Position numbers and translations under genes: made by a program. Positions 1-8,896 of a stretch of 64,000 nucleotides of DNA are shown piece by piece. This DNA is from Gemmatimonadota bacterium (GTDB lineage Bacteria; Gemmatimonadota; Gemmatimonadetes; Palauibacterales; Palauibacteraceae), in assembly GCA_046758745.1 (NCBI GenBank), contig JBHIAV010000004.1, positions 32,001 through 96,000 of the forward strand. The letters run 5' to 3'. Positions within the stretch are counted from its first letter, which is position 1. Each line of letters opens with the position of its first letter. Under the pieces are notes generated by a model that worked only from the letters and a program-made list of their open reading frames with translations, made no database searches and had not been told where the DNA came from.

Positions 1-75
1 CAGCTCACGCCCCATGCCGACGAACTGCGATCCCTGACCCGGGAGAAGGAGCGCGACCCGCGACGCCCCGCTCAT
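1..75 (-). CDS. fabD: Malonyl-CoA:ACP transacylase, N-terminal fragment (runs off the window edge)
   Basis: Manual translation MSGASRVALLLPGQGSQFVGMGREL contains the FabD PGQGSQ motif; downstream of rpmF. Confidence 0.88.
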   Translation of the reverse strand, partial: MSGASRVALLLPGQGSQFVGMGREL

Positions 76-248
76 CTGCCTTGCCCGCTCCCCGGAGCCG
101 CCGTGGACTTCACGCACGCCGAGATATGCCCTCGGCCGCCACCCGGCCGGTTGGTGCCGGCGTCGAGCACGAGCGTAGTGCGATCCGCCTCGCGGCGCGG
201 TCCTTCCGCCCCGAAGACCCGAAGGTGGGACGCTCCGAGGGCAGCCGG

Positions 249-431
249 TTAGAACTCCTCCGTGTGAACCACCTCGCGCTCGCCGTAGTAGCCGCAACTC
301 GGGCACACCCGGTGCGGGCGCCGCGGATCGCCGCAGCGCGGACAGGCCTGATGGGCGGGAATCGCCGAACGTTGATGGGTGCGGCGCTTCCGCTTTCTCT
401 GCTTCGACGTCTTCCTCTTTGGTACCGCCAT
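249..431 (-). CDS. rpmF: 50S ribosomal protein L32 (Zn-ribbon type)
   Basis: MAVPKRKTSK start, two CxxC pairs, follows yceD. Confidence 0.97.
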   Translation of the reverse strand: MAVPKRKTSKQRKRKRRTHQRSAIPAHQACPRCGDPRRPHRVCPSCGYYGEREVVHTEEF

Positions 432-491
432 GCCTCGTCTATCCTCCCGCAGCCCGGGTTCACGCCGGCGGCTGTGCGGCCGGCGCCTCGT

Positions 492-1043
492 TCAATCTTG
501 CCGCATCAGCTCCTTCAGCCGCATCCAGCGGGGATCGCCCCTCTCCTCCCGGCAGCCGCACGGGCTGTCGTTGAGATTCGCTCCACATCGGGGGCACAGC
601 CCCCGGCAGTCGTCGCGACACAGCGGGAACTCGGGAACCGCCAGCAGAAGCTCCTCTCGCAGCGCATCGCGCAGGTCGAGCTCGTTCGACACGGGCTCCA
701 GCCCGAACACGCCCTCCTCTTCCTTGCCCGCCTCGACCCGCGGCTCGAACCAGAGGTCCAGGGGGAGAGGAAGAGTCGTCTCGATGGAGCGCAGGCAGCG
801 GCGGCACTCCAGCTCGACGGTCGCCCGCAGACTCCCGGTCACGTGGACACCCCCGTCTCCGGATGCCGTCGCCGTCGCGTCGAGCACCGGATCGCCGCGC
901 AGCCGAAGTCCCGGCACGGACCAGAACTCCGCGTCCGACGGAAGCGGCCCCGACAGAGCGACCGGCCGTTCCGCAAGGCGGTCGAGCCGGATCGTGCAAT
1001 CCACGGAGCGGTGATACATAGGCGGCAGCCCCGAGTCTGTCAA
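492..1043 (-). CDS. yceD: DUF177/YceD family protein (start uncertain, may be ~13 codons downstream)
   Basis: CRRCL, LCRDDCRGLCPRCGANLN and DPRW motifs; upstream of rpmF. Confidence 0.9.
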   Translation of the reverse strand: MTDSGLPPMYHRSVDCTIRLDRLAERPVALSGPLPSDAEFWSVPGLRLRGDPVLDATATASGDGGVHVTGSLRATVELECRRCLRSIETTLPLPLDLWFEPRVEAGKEEEGVFGLEPVSNELDLRDALREELLLAVPEFPLCRDDCRGLCPRCGANLNDSPCGCREERGDPRWMRLKELMRQD

Positions 1044-1046
1044 ACG

Positions 1047-1466
1047 CTAGGGAAGATCCGCGGCCGGGAAGAAGAAGGCCAGCTCGAATGCCGCGTTCTC
1101 GTCCGAGTCGGAGGCATGGATCGCGTTCCGCTCCACGCTCTCCGCATACAGGGCACGGATGGTCCCGGGCTCCGCTTCCGCCGGGTCCGTCGCGCCGATC
1201 ACCCGACGAAGCTTCGTCACCGCATCCTCGCACTCGAGGGCGAGGGGCATGCATGGCCCCGAGGTCATGAAGCGGATGAGCGGTGCGAAGAACGGTCGCT
1301 CGCGATGGACGGCGTAGAAGCGGCCGGCCTGCGTCTCGTTCAGGTGAAGAACTCGGGCCGCCAGCACCCGGAACCCTTCCCCCTCGAGGCGGGCGAGGAT
1401 CTTTCCCGCCAGCCCCGCTCCGAAGGCGTCCGGCTTGATGATGGCCAGGGTGCGCGAGGCGCTCAT
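1047..1466 (-). CDS. ndk: Nucleoside diphosphate kinase
   Basis: RTLAIIKPDA, GATDP, GTIR, NAIHASDS. Confidence 0.97.
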   Translation of the reverse strand: MSASRTLAIIKPDAFGAGLAGKILARLEGEGFRVLAARVLHLNETQAGRFYAVHRERPFFAPLIRFMTSGPCMPLALECEDAVTKLRRVIGATDPAEAEPGTIRALYAESVERNAIHASDSDENAAFELAFFFPAADLP

Positions 1467-1548
1467 CGCTGCGATTCTATCCTTTCGCGGAGCCTAGCAG
1501 CGCCCCCATCGAGAGACGACCCTCGAGGACGGGGCGGTCCGTTTCGGC

Positions 1549-2418
1549 TCACAGCCACGTCCGGATGTAACCTACGATGTCCGCGGGCCGCTGCGCGACG
1601 GCGATCCCGCACTCCCGGAAGACCCGCATCTTCTCCTCGGCCGTCCCGTCCGAGCCCGAGATGATGGCTCCGGCATGCCCCATGCGTCGTCCGGGGGGGG
1701 CGGTCTGACCGGCGATGAACCCGACCACGGGCTTCTTCATCTCCTCCTTCACGAAGCGCGCCGCGTCCTGTTCATCAGACCCCCCGATCTCGCCGATCAT
1801 GGCCACCGCGACGGTCTCTTCGTCTCTCTCGAAACACTCGAGACAGTCACGGAAGCTCGTCCCTATGAGCGGGTCGCCCCCGATCCCCACACAGGTGGAT
1901 TGCCCGATGCCCGCTCCGGTGAGCTGGTGGATCACCTCGTACGTCAGGGTGCCGGACCGGCTGACGATCCCGATCGGTCCCGGCCGCACGATCTGGCCGG
2001 GAAGGATCCCGACCTTGCACACGCCAGGGGCGATGAGGCCGGGACAGTTCGGCCCGATGAGGCGTGCTCCTTTCTCGCGCACGTACGGGAGAGCCCGCAT
2101 CATGTCGCGTACCGGGATCCCCTCCGTGATGCACACGATGAGGGCGATTCCTGCGTCGGCCGCTTCCATGATCGCGTCCGCGGCGAAGCGAGCCGGCACG
2201 TAGATGACGCTCGTGTTCGCCGCGCGTTCCTCGACCGCCTGCGCGACCGTGTTGAAGATAGGCACGGAACCGTCGAAGGTCTGCCCGCCTTTACCCGGCG
2301 TCACCCCAGCCACCACCCGCGTGCCGTACCTGATCATCTGCCGCCCGTGGAAGGAGCCGTCTCGACCCGTGATCCCCTGGACCACCAGCCGCGTATCTTC
2401 TCCTATGAAGATGCTCAT
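1549..2418 (-). CDS. sucD: Succinyl-CoA synthetase alpha subunit
   Basis: [28 protein letters not shown] phospho-His motif. Confidence 0.97.
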   Translation of the reverse strand: MSIFIGEDTRLVVQGITGRDGSFHGRQMIRYGTRVVAGVTPGKGGQTFDGSVPIFNTVAQAVEERAANTSVIYVPARFAADAIMEAADAGIALIVCITEGIPVRDMMRALPYVREKGARLIGPNCPGLIAPGVCKVGILPGQIVRPGPIGIVSRSGTLTYEVIHQLTGAGIGQSTCVGIGGDPLIGTSFRDCLECFERDEETVAVAMIGEIGGSDEQDAARFVKEEMKKPVVGFIAGQTAPPGRRMGHAGAIISGSDGTAEEKMRVFRECGIAVAQRPADIVGYIRTWL

Positions 2419-2463
2419 CCTCGCTCTGCGTCTCTTCGATTCCTCGTCCAAGCGGACACGCGG

Positions 2464-3594
2464 TCAGGCAGCGGCCTCCACCGCTCGCTTCACCGCCTCA
2501 TCCATGTCCGTCATCGCCTGGAGACCGCGCTCACTCAGGATGCGAACGGCCTCTTCCTCGTTCGTGCCGGTGAGCCGGATGACGATCGGGAGTGGAATGT
2601 CGATGCGGCGCATCGCCTCGACGATCCCATTCGCCACGTCGTCGCACCGGGTGATCCCGCCGAAGATGTTGAAGAGGATAGCCCGCACGTTCCGATCGGA
2701 TGTGATGATCTCGAGCGCGCTGACGACCTTGTCCGGGTTCGAGGAACCTCCGATGTCGAGAAAGTTGGCGGGGCTGCCACCGTAGTGCTTGACCAGGTCC
2801 ATGGTGGCCATCGCGAGGCCGGCTCCGTTCACGCAGCATGCCACGCTGCCGTCGAGCTTGATGTAGCTGAGCCCCGAGGTGCGGGCCTTCCGCTCCGAAG
2901 CGGCTTCGGCCGCCTCGTCCCGCATCTCCGCGATCTCCGGAAGCCGGAAGAGGGCGTTGTCATCGATGTTCATCTTGGCGTCGATGGCGAGGACCTCTCC
3001 TTCGCACGTCACGATCAGCGGGTTGATCTCGACCAGCGTGGCGTCGGAGGCCTCATACGCCCTCCACAGCCTCCCGATGATCTCCCCGGCCTGCTTCGCC
3101 TGCCCGGGATCGTCATACAGGCGATAGCCCATGGCAGCCGCCTGATGCGGGAGGAGACCGTAGCGAGGGTCTATCGACAGCCGGTGGATCGCCTCCGGCT
3201 TGGTCGCCGCGACCTCCTCGATGTCGATCCCCCCTTCGCCGGACACCATGAGCACGGGCGTCTGGGTCCGGCGGTCGAGTACGATCCCGACGTACGCCTC
3301 GGAGGCGATGTCGGCGGCCGGCGTGACGAGCACCGCCCGCACCTCGAGGTCCTTGATCCTCATCCCGAGGATGCTGGCCGCGGCTCCGCCGGCCGCTTCC
3401 GGGGTCTTCACGACCTTGACGCCTCCCGCCTTTCCGCGGCCGCTGGCGTGCACCTGGGCCTTCACCACCACGTCTCCGCTGTACCCTCGGGCTACCGCCT
3501 CCGCCTCCTCCGGCGACCGGGCGACCCCGCCGGGAGGCACCGGTATGCCGTGCGACCGCAGGATCTCCTTGGCCTGATACTCGTGGATGTTCAC
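2464..3594 (-). CDS. sucC: Succinyl-CoA synthetase beta subunit
   Basis: GTG start (NIHEYQAKE), KAQVHASGRGKAGG, NGAGLAMATMD, NIFGGI; GTGA overlap with the upstream gene. Confidence 0.97.
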   Translation of the reverse strand: MNIHEYQAKEILRSHGIPVPPGGVARSPEEAEAVARGYSGDVVVKAQVHASGRGKAGGVKVVKTPEAAGGAAASILGMRIKDLEVRAVLVTPAADIASEAYVGIVLDRRTQTPVLMVSGEGGIDIEEVAATKPEAIHRLSIDPRYGLLPHQAAAMGYRLYDDPGQAKQAGEIIGRLWRAYEASDATLVEINPLIVTCEGEVLAIDAKMNIDDNALFRLPEIAEMRDEAAEAASERKARTSGLSYIKLDGSVACCVNGAGLAMATMDLVKHYGGSPANFLDIGGSSNPDKVVSALEIITSDRNVRAILFNIFGGITRCDDVANGIVEAMRRIDIPLPIVIRLTGTNEEEAVRILSERGLQAMTDMDEAVKRAVEAAA

Positions 3595-4589
3595 GGCCCA
3601 CCCCTCGTTCGCTCTTTCCTCGTTCTGCTGCCATCGCTCGCGTCTGCCACGATCGTCGTGCCCGTTCGACCACCGAGCGCCGCCGGGCCATCCGCCAGCT
3701 CGCCGATCACCGCCCGCTCGCCCCCACGCTCCACGAAGCTCACTGCGGCCTCGAGCTTCGGCCCCAGGCTCCCCCCCCCCCCTCCGCCCGCCGAGAGGCG
3801 GGCGCGCGCCGCCGAGATCGTCAGTCTCGGTATGCGGCGCGCTTCCGGGCGCCCGAAGCGCTCGTACACTCCATCGACATCCGTCAGGATGAGGAGTACC
3901 CGCGCTCCGATCGCCTCCGCCAGGATCGCCGCGGCCCGGTCCTTGTCCACCACCGCGTCGACGCCTTCCAGGCCGAGCCGCGGGTCGCGGTAGGCCGGGA
4001 TCCCACCACCCCCCGCCGCGATCACGATATCGCCCCGGTTCACCAGCTCCTCGACGACGCCCGCCTCCACGATCTCGATGGGCTCCGGACTCGCCACCAC
4101 CCGGCGGAGTCCGCCTTTGGCGTCGGCGTGCACCAGGACCCCTTCGGCCTGTAGCCGCTCCGCCGCGGCGGCCGAAAGAGTCCGACCGATGAACTTGGAC
4201 GGGGACCGGAGGGAGGGGTCCTCGGGATCGACCAGAACCTGCGTGACCACGGTGACGACGCGGCGGGAGACTCCGGCCCGCTCGAGCGCGTTCTGCAGCG
4301 ACTGCTGGATCATGTATCCGATCGACCCCGCCGTCGCCGCCACCAGCACGCCGAGAGGGAGCGGGCTCACCACGTCGCTCGCCCGCTCGTTGCGCAGGAG
4401 CGCGTCCCCGACCTGCGGGCCGTTCCCGTGCACCACCGCGATCCTCCACCCCTCCCGGGCGAACTCGACGATCGAGGTGAGGCTTTCCCGCGTGTGGCGA
4501 AACTGGTTCGACACCGCCGCCGACTCCCCGGCCGGGGAGAGGGCGTTCCCCCCGATCGCCACCACTACGGTCCGCTCACCCCGCGTCAC
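3591..4589 (-). CDS. arcC: Carbamate kinase
   Basis: VVVAIGGNAL, HGNGPQVG, GGGGIP, AVVDKD, LTDVDGV; GTGA overlaps at both ends. Confidence 0.92.
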   Translation of the reverse strand: MTRGERTVVVAIGGNALSPAGESAAVSNQFRHTRESLTSIVEFAREGWRIAVVHGNGPQVGDALLRNERASDVVSPLPLGVLVAATAGSIGYMIQQSLQNALERAGVSRRVVTVVTQVLVDPEDPSLRSPSKFIGRTLSAAAAERLQAEGVLVHADAKGGLRRVVASPEPIEIVEAGVVEELVNRGDIVIAAGGGGIPAYRDPRLGLEGVDAVVDKDRAAAILAEAIGARVLLILTDVDGVYERFGRPEARRIPRLTISAARARLSAGGGGGGSLGPKLEAAVSFVERGGERAVIGELADGPAALGGRTGTTIVADASDGSRTRKERTRGGP

Positions 4590-7366
4590 GGCAGCCCTTC
4601 GAGCGAGTCCGCCGGGAGTTCGGGCCTCTTCTCCGGCCGGACGCGAGCCTGGGACTCCGTCCGCCCTCCCGCCGCCCGCTCCGTGGGTCCGGCTCCGCCC
4701 GTCTCGATCCACGCTCGGATCTCCTCCCAGATCTCGGCGAACGTCCCGAGGTCGCCCCTGCGCAGGGCTTCGTCCGCGGCACGCAGCCGTTCGACCAGCC
4801 CGGAGATGGCCGGGCGGCCCGGTGCTGTGTCCTCTGGCCGTTCCGCCACGGCCGGAGAGGGCGCCTCGGAGAGCGGAACGGGTCCGAAAAGGCTGCGCAA
4901 CGCCCCCTCCAGCGTCTCGCTCATGGCGACGCGATCCCCGGCGGAAGCGATCACCCGCTTGAGGCCGGGCGCAGCCCCCTCCTGGTCCTCGGCCTCCAGG
5001 AAGAGCGGCTCCACGTAGAGAAGGAAGCCCTCGACCGGCACGAGGAGCAGGTGGCCGCGCGTCGCCCGAGAGCCGAGCTGTCGCCACAGAGAGAGCTGCT
5101 GCGAGATGATCGGGTCCTGATCGATCTGCACCTCGACCTGGCGCGGCCCGAAGAGCTGGCGGAGTGCGGCGGCTCGAAAGAGCGCGAGCTCGCCGTAATG
5201 CTCCCCGTCGTTCCTGACGATGAGAAACGCGGCCAGGTTGTCACGGTTCCGGGGGGTGAACGGCACGGTGAGGAGGAACTCCGGCACCGATCCCTCGGCG
5301 CCGGGAAAGGGCATCAGCAGGTAGTAGGGCTCCACCGGGGCCGGCCGTCCCTGGTACACCTCCTTGGCAAGGCTCCACAGGTCCTGCGCCCGGTAGAACT
5401 CCTCCGGCTCCACCAGATGGTACGCCTCGAGGATCTGCGCCTGCACGCGCAGCAGCGCCCTAGGATAGCGCAGGTGCCGCCGGAGGGACTCGGGCATCCT
5501 CTCCCGGTCCAGGAACAGCCCGGGGAACGCCGACGCGAAGGTCCTCAGCAGCGGGTCGGACGGGCTGAGGGCGTAGAAGCGCACCTCGCCCGTGACCCCG
5601 TCGACCACCGCCTTCACGGCGTCGCGGACGTAGTTCACGCGCTCGCCGCGCAGCTCCGCCGATTGGGCCAGGGAGAAGCGTGAGGTGACGGCGTAGATGT
5701 CGAGCAGCCACTTGATGCGTCCCTCGTCGATCACCGGCACCGGATCCGGATCGACGAGCAGGAACGGCACCAACCTCTGGACGCGCTCGACCACCTGCCT
5801 GCGCCACATGAGCACGGCGGACCCCTCGGTCGGACGTCGAAGGAAGACGTTCTTGGAGCCCAGGGCCCACGCGAAGGCCAGCCGCCTGAGCGGGCTGTCG
5901 ATGGGCACTCCGACGGCTGCGAGACCCTCCGGCATCGAATCGACCGGCACGATCACGTACTGCGTGCTTCGCTCCCCGAAGTAGACCCGCGGCTCGTGGA
6001 TCTCGATCCCCTCGGGAGCGTCCGGAGAGACGAGTGGCGGGAGGTCGCGCAGGAAGTACTCTGGCTCGCCGCCGCTCGTCACCCGATCGGCCGGACTCGC
6101 CACCGCCCCCTGCCCGTGGGTGTAGCGCAGGTGCAGGTTGAGCCACGTGCGCGCTGAAGCCGCCAGGCGGCCCGGGGAGAATTCCCGCACCGCGATGGCC
6201 ACCTGCTCCTGTCGCCCCGGCGGGCCGTACCGGTCGTTGTCCACGTCGGGAAACTCGTGGTACGCCAGGAGCCCCTGGAGCTGGTTGTAGGTCGCCTGGA
6301 GGGGACGCTCATCCCACAGCGGGAGTCCTGCCGTCCAGCGCCGAACCACCTCGAGCTCCGGGGGACGGTCGTCCACGCGATATGGCCGCTCCACCAGGTC
6401 GTGGACCGCGAACGCCGTACGTGTGGCGGCCACGTTCGCCGCGATGAAGGGACGCTCCAGCTCGAGCTCGTTCGGATCGACCCTGAAGCGCTGTATGAGG
6501 TCGGGATAGATCCCCACTCCGACAGGCCACACGACCGCGAGGACGCCGAGGGCCGAGAGCGCGAGGTTCCACTTCCCGGTCCGCTCGCTGTACAGAAGCA
6601 CGACGGCCGCCAGAAGCGCCAGCACGGCGACGAGGCGACGCGCGGGGATGGCACCGTAGACGGTCGCGTACGTGATCGGCCCCGAGCTCACCGCCTCGAA
6701 CGCCGAGAGACCGAAGTGCGCGGCCATGAGGAAGAGCGCCGCAGCGCCGAGCGCTGCCAGCCGGCGACGTGCAAACGGCTCTACCCGGAGGGTCTTGGGC
6801 CCGGTCTGGATCCGACCCGTCACCGAGAAGATCGCGGTCACCGCAAGCGCCATCCACACGAAGAGGGAGAGGGCGAGGGACCACAGCGTCCTCAAAGTGG
6901 GAAGCAGAAAGACGTAGAAGCGGGGGTCTCTCCCCAGCACGGGATCCGGAGCACCCCACGCGGGGGCGTGCGCCAGGAAAAGGACGCGCTCTGCAAGCGT
7001 CCCCGCGACGGGGGCGGCCACCAGCAGCGCCGCCACCACGGCCACGGCCATCGTGGCGACGCGGACCTGTCTCTTCGGCAACGCCTCTGCGATCACCAGA
7101 TCTCCCAGCCGTCGCCGCACCTGAATCGGGCCCACCCGGCGGGCGATCCCCCACAGCACCGCGAAAAGCGTGGCGGCCGCCGCGCCTACCACCGCCAGCC
7201 AGGAGGCGAGGCGCGCGAGCTCCAGTCTCCAGAATCGGGACGAGTAGCCGAGAGAGCGGAACCACCCCAGCTCCGCGTAGAACTCGACCGCCAGCTGCCC
7301 GGCGACCAGGAGGCCTACCAGGATCAGGCCGCCGTACAGCAGGAGCCGCCCCCGCGTCCCGATCAT
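4586..7366 (-). CDS. UPF0182 family integral membrane protein
   Basis: N-terminal TM helices, PNELELERPFI, DVDNDRY, HLRYTHG, PRVYFGE, NYVRDAVKAVVD, HLRYP, LYVEPLFL; GGAGG RBS. Confidence 0.9.
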   Translation of the reverse strand: MIGTRGRLLLYGGLILVGLLVAGQLAVEFYAELGWFRSLGYSSRFWRLELARLASWLAVVGAAAATLFAVLWGIARRVGPIQVRRRLGDLVIAEALPKRQVRVATMAVAVVAALLVAAPVAGTLAERVLFLAHAPAWGAPDPVLGRDPRFYVFLLPTLRTLWSLALSLFVWMALAVTAIFSVTGRIQTGPKTLRVEPFARRRLAALGAAALFLMAAHFGLSAFEAVSSGPITYATVYGAIPARRLVAVLALLAAVVLLYSERTGKWNLALSALGVLAVVWPVGVGIYPDLIQRFRVDPNELELERPFIAANVAATRTAFAVHDLVERPYRVDDRPPELEVVRRWTAGLPLWDERPLQATYNQLQGLLAYHEFPDVDNDRYGPPGRQEQVAIAVREFSPGRLAASARTWLNLHLRYTHGQGAVASPADRVTSGGEPEYFLRDLPPLVSPDAPEGIEIHEPRVYFGERSTQYVIVPVDSMPEGLAAVGVPIDSPLRRLAFAWALGSKNVFLRRPTEGSAVLMWRRQVVERVQRLVPFLLVDPDPVPVIDEGRIKWLLDIYAVTSRFSLAQSAELRGERVNYVRDAVKAVVDGVTGEVRFYALSPSDPLLRTFASAFPGLFLDRERMPESLRRHLRYPRALLRVQAQILEAYHLVEPEEFYRAQDLWSLAKEVYQGRPAPVEPYYLLMPFPGAEGSVPEFLLTVPFTPRNRDNLAAFLIVRNDGEHYGELALFRAAALRQLFGPRQVEVQIDQDPIISQQLSLWRQLGSRATRGHLLLVPVEGFLLYVEPLFLEAEDQEGAAPGLKRVIASAGDRVAMSETLEGALRSLFGPVPLSEAPSPAVAERPEDTAPGRPAISGLVERLRAADEALRRGDLGTFAEIWEEIRAWIETGGAGPTERAAGGRTESQARVRPEKRPELPADSLEGLP

Positions 7367-7451
7367 CCTCCCTACCCCCCGCGGCACGGGCCGACCCCGC
7401 GCGCAGCGCGAAAGACGGAACGGTGCCCTCCGAGCGCCGGCCTCGGCTGCC

Positions 7452-8837
7452 TCACCGGCCCCCGACTCCCTCGAGCTCGGGCACGGCCACCCCGTCCGAG
7501 GCCATGTGCTCGGCGATCTCGTCCCGAATCTCCCGCAGCGCCGCCACCGTGTCCGCCTCGAAGCGCAGGACGATGACCGGCTGTGTATTGCTCGCCCGGA
7601 TCAGCGCCCAACCACCCTCGAACTGGATCCGCGCCCCATCGATCTGATTGACGTCGTGCGTCTTCCGGTATCTCTCGACCGCGCGGGAGACGATCTCGAA
7701 CTTGCGCTCCTCGGGGACCTCGACGCGGAGCTCGGGCGTGGACGGGTACTCGGGGATGCGAGCGGCGAGCTCGGAGAGCGGCCGCCCGCTCCGCTGGACC
7801 ATCTGCGCTAGACGAGCCGCGGCGTAGATTGCGTCGTCGAATCCGAAGTAATTGTCTGCAAAGCAGATATGTCCGCTCATCTCACCTGCTACAGGAGAGC
7901 CGGACCGCCGCATCCGCTCCTTGATGAGAGAGTGGCCGGTCTTCCACATGACGGGGACACCGCCAGCCGCCGCGATCATCTCCGGAAGGGCCTTCGAGCA
8001 CTTGACGTCGAAGATGATCTCGGCGCCGGGAGCGCGCGGGAGCACGTCGAGGGCGAACAGCAGCAGGAGTCTGTCGCCTCGCACGATCTCCCCCTTCTCG
8101 GTGACGGCTCCGATTCTGTCGGCGTCGCCGTCCAGCCCGACGCCGAGCGCCGCTCCCGATCGGCGCACCATGGCGATGAGGTCCATCAGGTTCGCATCCA
8201 CCGTCGGGTCGGGGTGATGGTTGGGAAAGGTACCGTCCGACTCGCAGTACAGGCAGTCCACGCGCGCTCCAGCCGCCATCAGCGCCTGCGGGGCGGCCAC
8301 GCTTCCGGCGCCATTGCCGCAGTCGAGGACGACATGCAGGGGCTCGTCGAGGTGGGCCCGGGCACCGATCTCCTCGATGTACCGGCTCAGGATCTCCTCG
8401 CTCCGGTGGGTCCCCGATCCGTCGGCGAAACGGTCGGACTCCACCGCCGACCGGAGCTCCTGGATGGCGGCACCGTACAGGGTCCGTTCGCCGACCATCA
8501 TCTTGATCCCGTTGTACTCGGGAGGATTGTGGGAGCCGGTGATCTGGATGCCGCCGTCGGTCTTCAGCTCGAGGGCGGCGAAGTAGAGGGCGGGGGTCGG
8601 TACCGTTCCCACGAGGATCGTATCGACTCCCGACCGATTGAGGCCCTCGCACAGAGCCGCCGCCAGCTCCGAAGAGGTCGGCCGGTTGTCGTGCCCGACC
8701 GCGACGCGCATGCGCGGCCCGACATCCACGCGCGAGGCGTAGGCGCGTCCCACGGCGTATGCCACCGCCGGCGTGAGGTCCTCCCCGACGACGCCGCGGA
8801 TGTCATACTCCCGGAAGATGGTCTTCGATACCTCCAT
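7452..8837 (-). CDS. Phosphomannomutase/phosphoglucomutase (AlgC type)
   Basis: FREYDIRG, ITGSHNP, DGDADR, GEMSGH, RASNTQP. Confidence 0.95.
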   Translation of the reverse strand: MEVSKTIFREYDIRGVVGEDLTPAVAYAVGRAYASRVDVGPRMRVAVGHDNRPTSSELAAALCEGLNRSGVDTILVGTVPTPALYFAALELKTDGGIQITGSHNPPEYNGIKMMVGERTLYGAAIQELRSAVESDRFADGSGTHRSEEILSRYIEEIGARAHLDEPLHVVLDCGNGAGSVAAPQALMAAGARVDCLYCESDGTFPNHHPDPTVDANLMDLIAMVRRSGAALGVGLDGDADRIGAVTEKGEIVRGDRLLLLFALDVLPRAPGAEIIFDVKCSKALPEMIAAAGGVPVMWKTGHSLIKERMRRSGSPVAGEMSGHICFADNYFGFDDAIYAAARLAQMVQRSGRPLSELAARIPEYPSTPELRVEVPEERKFEIVSRAVERYRKTHDVNQIDGARIQFEGGWALIRASNTQPVIVLRFEADTVAALREIRDEIAEHMASDGVAVPELEGVGGR

Positions 8838-8896
8838 GTGCACCTCGTAGGGTCGAAGGCATGTGGTGTGGACCAGCAGGAGGGAGGGAGCCCGTG

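Noticed and set aside
1693..1700. G8 run in sucD
   Set aside because: Encodes the conserved TAPPG motif in frame.
81..3993. Long plus-strand ORFs (527 aa, 772 aa) and similar ones at 20015-22456, 26240-29047 and 59793-61250
   Set aside because: Antisense shadows of well-supported genes, expected in high-GC DNA with few stop codons; no recognisable motifs.
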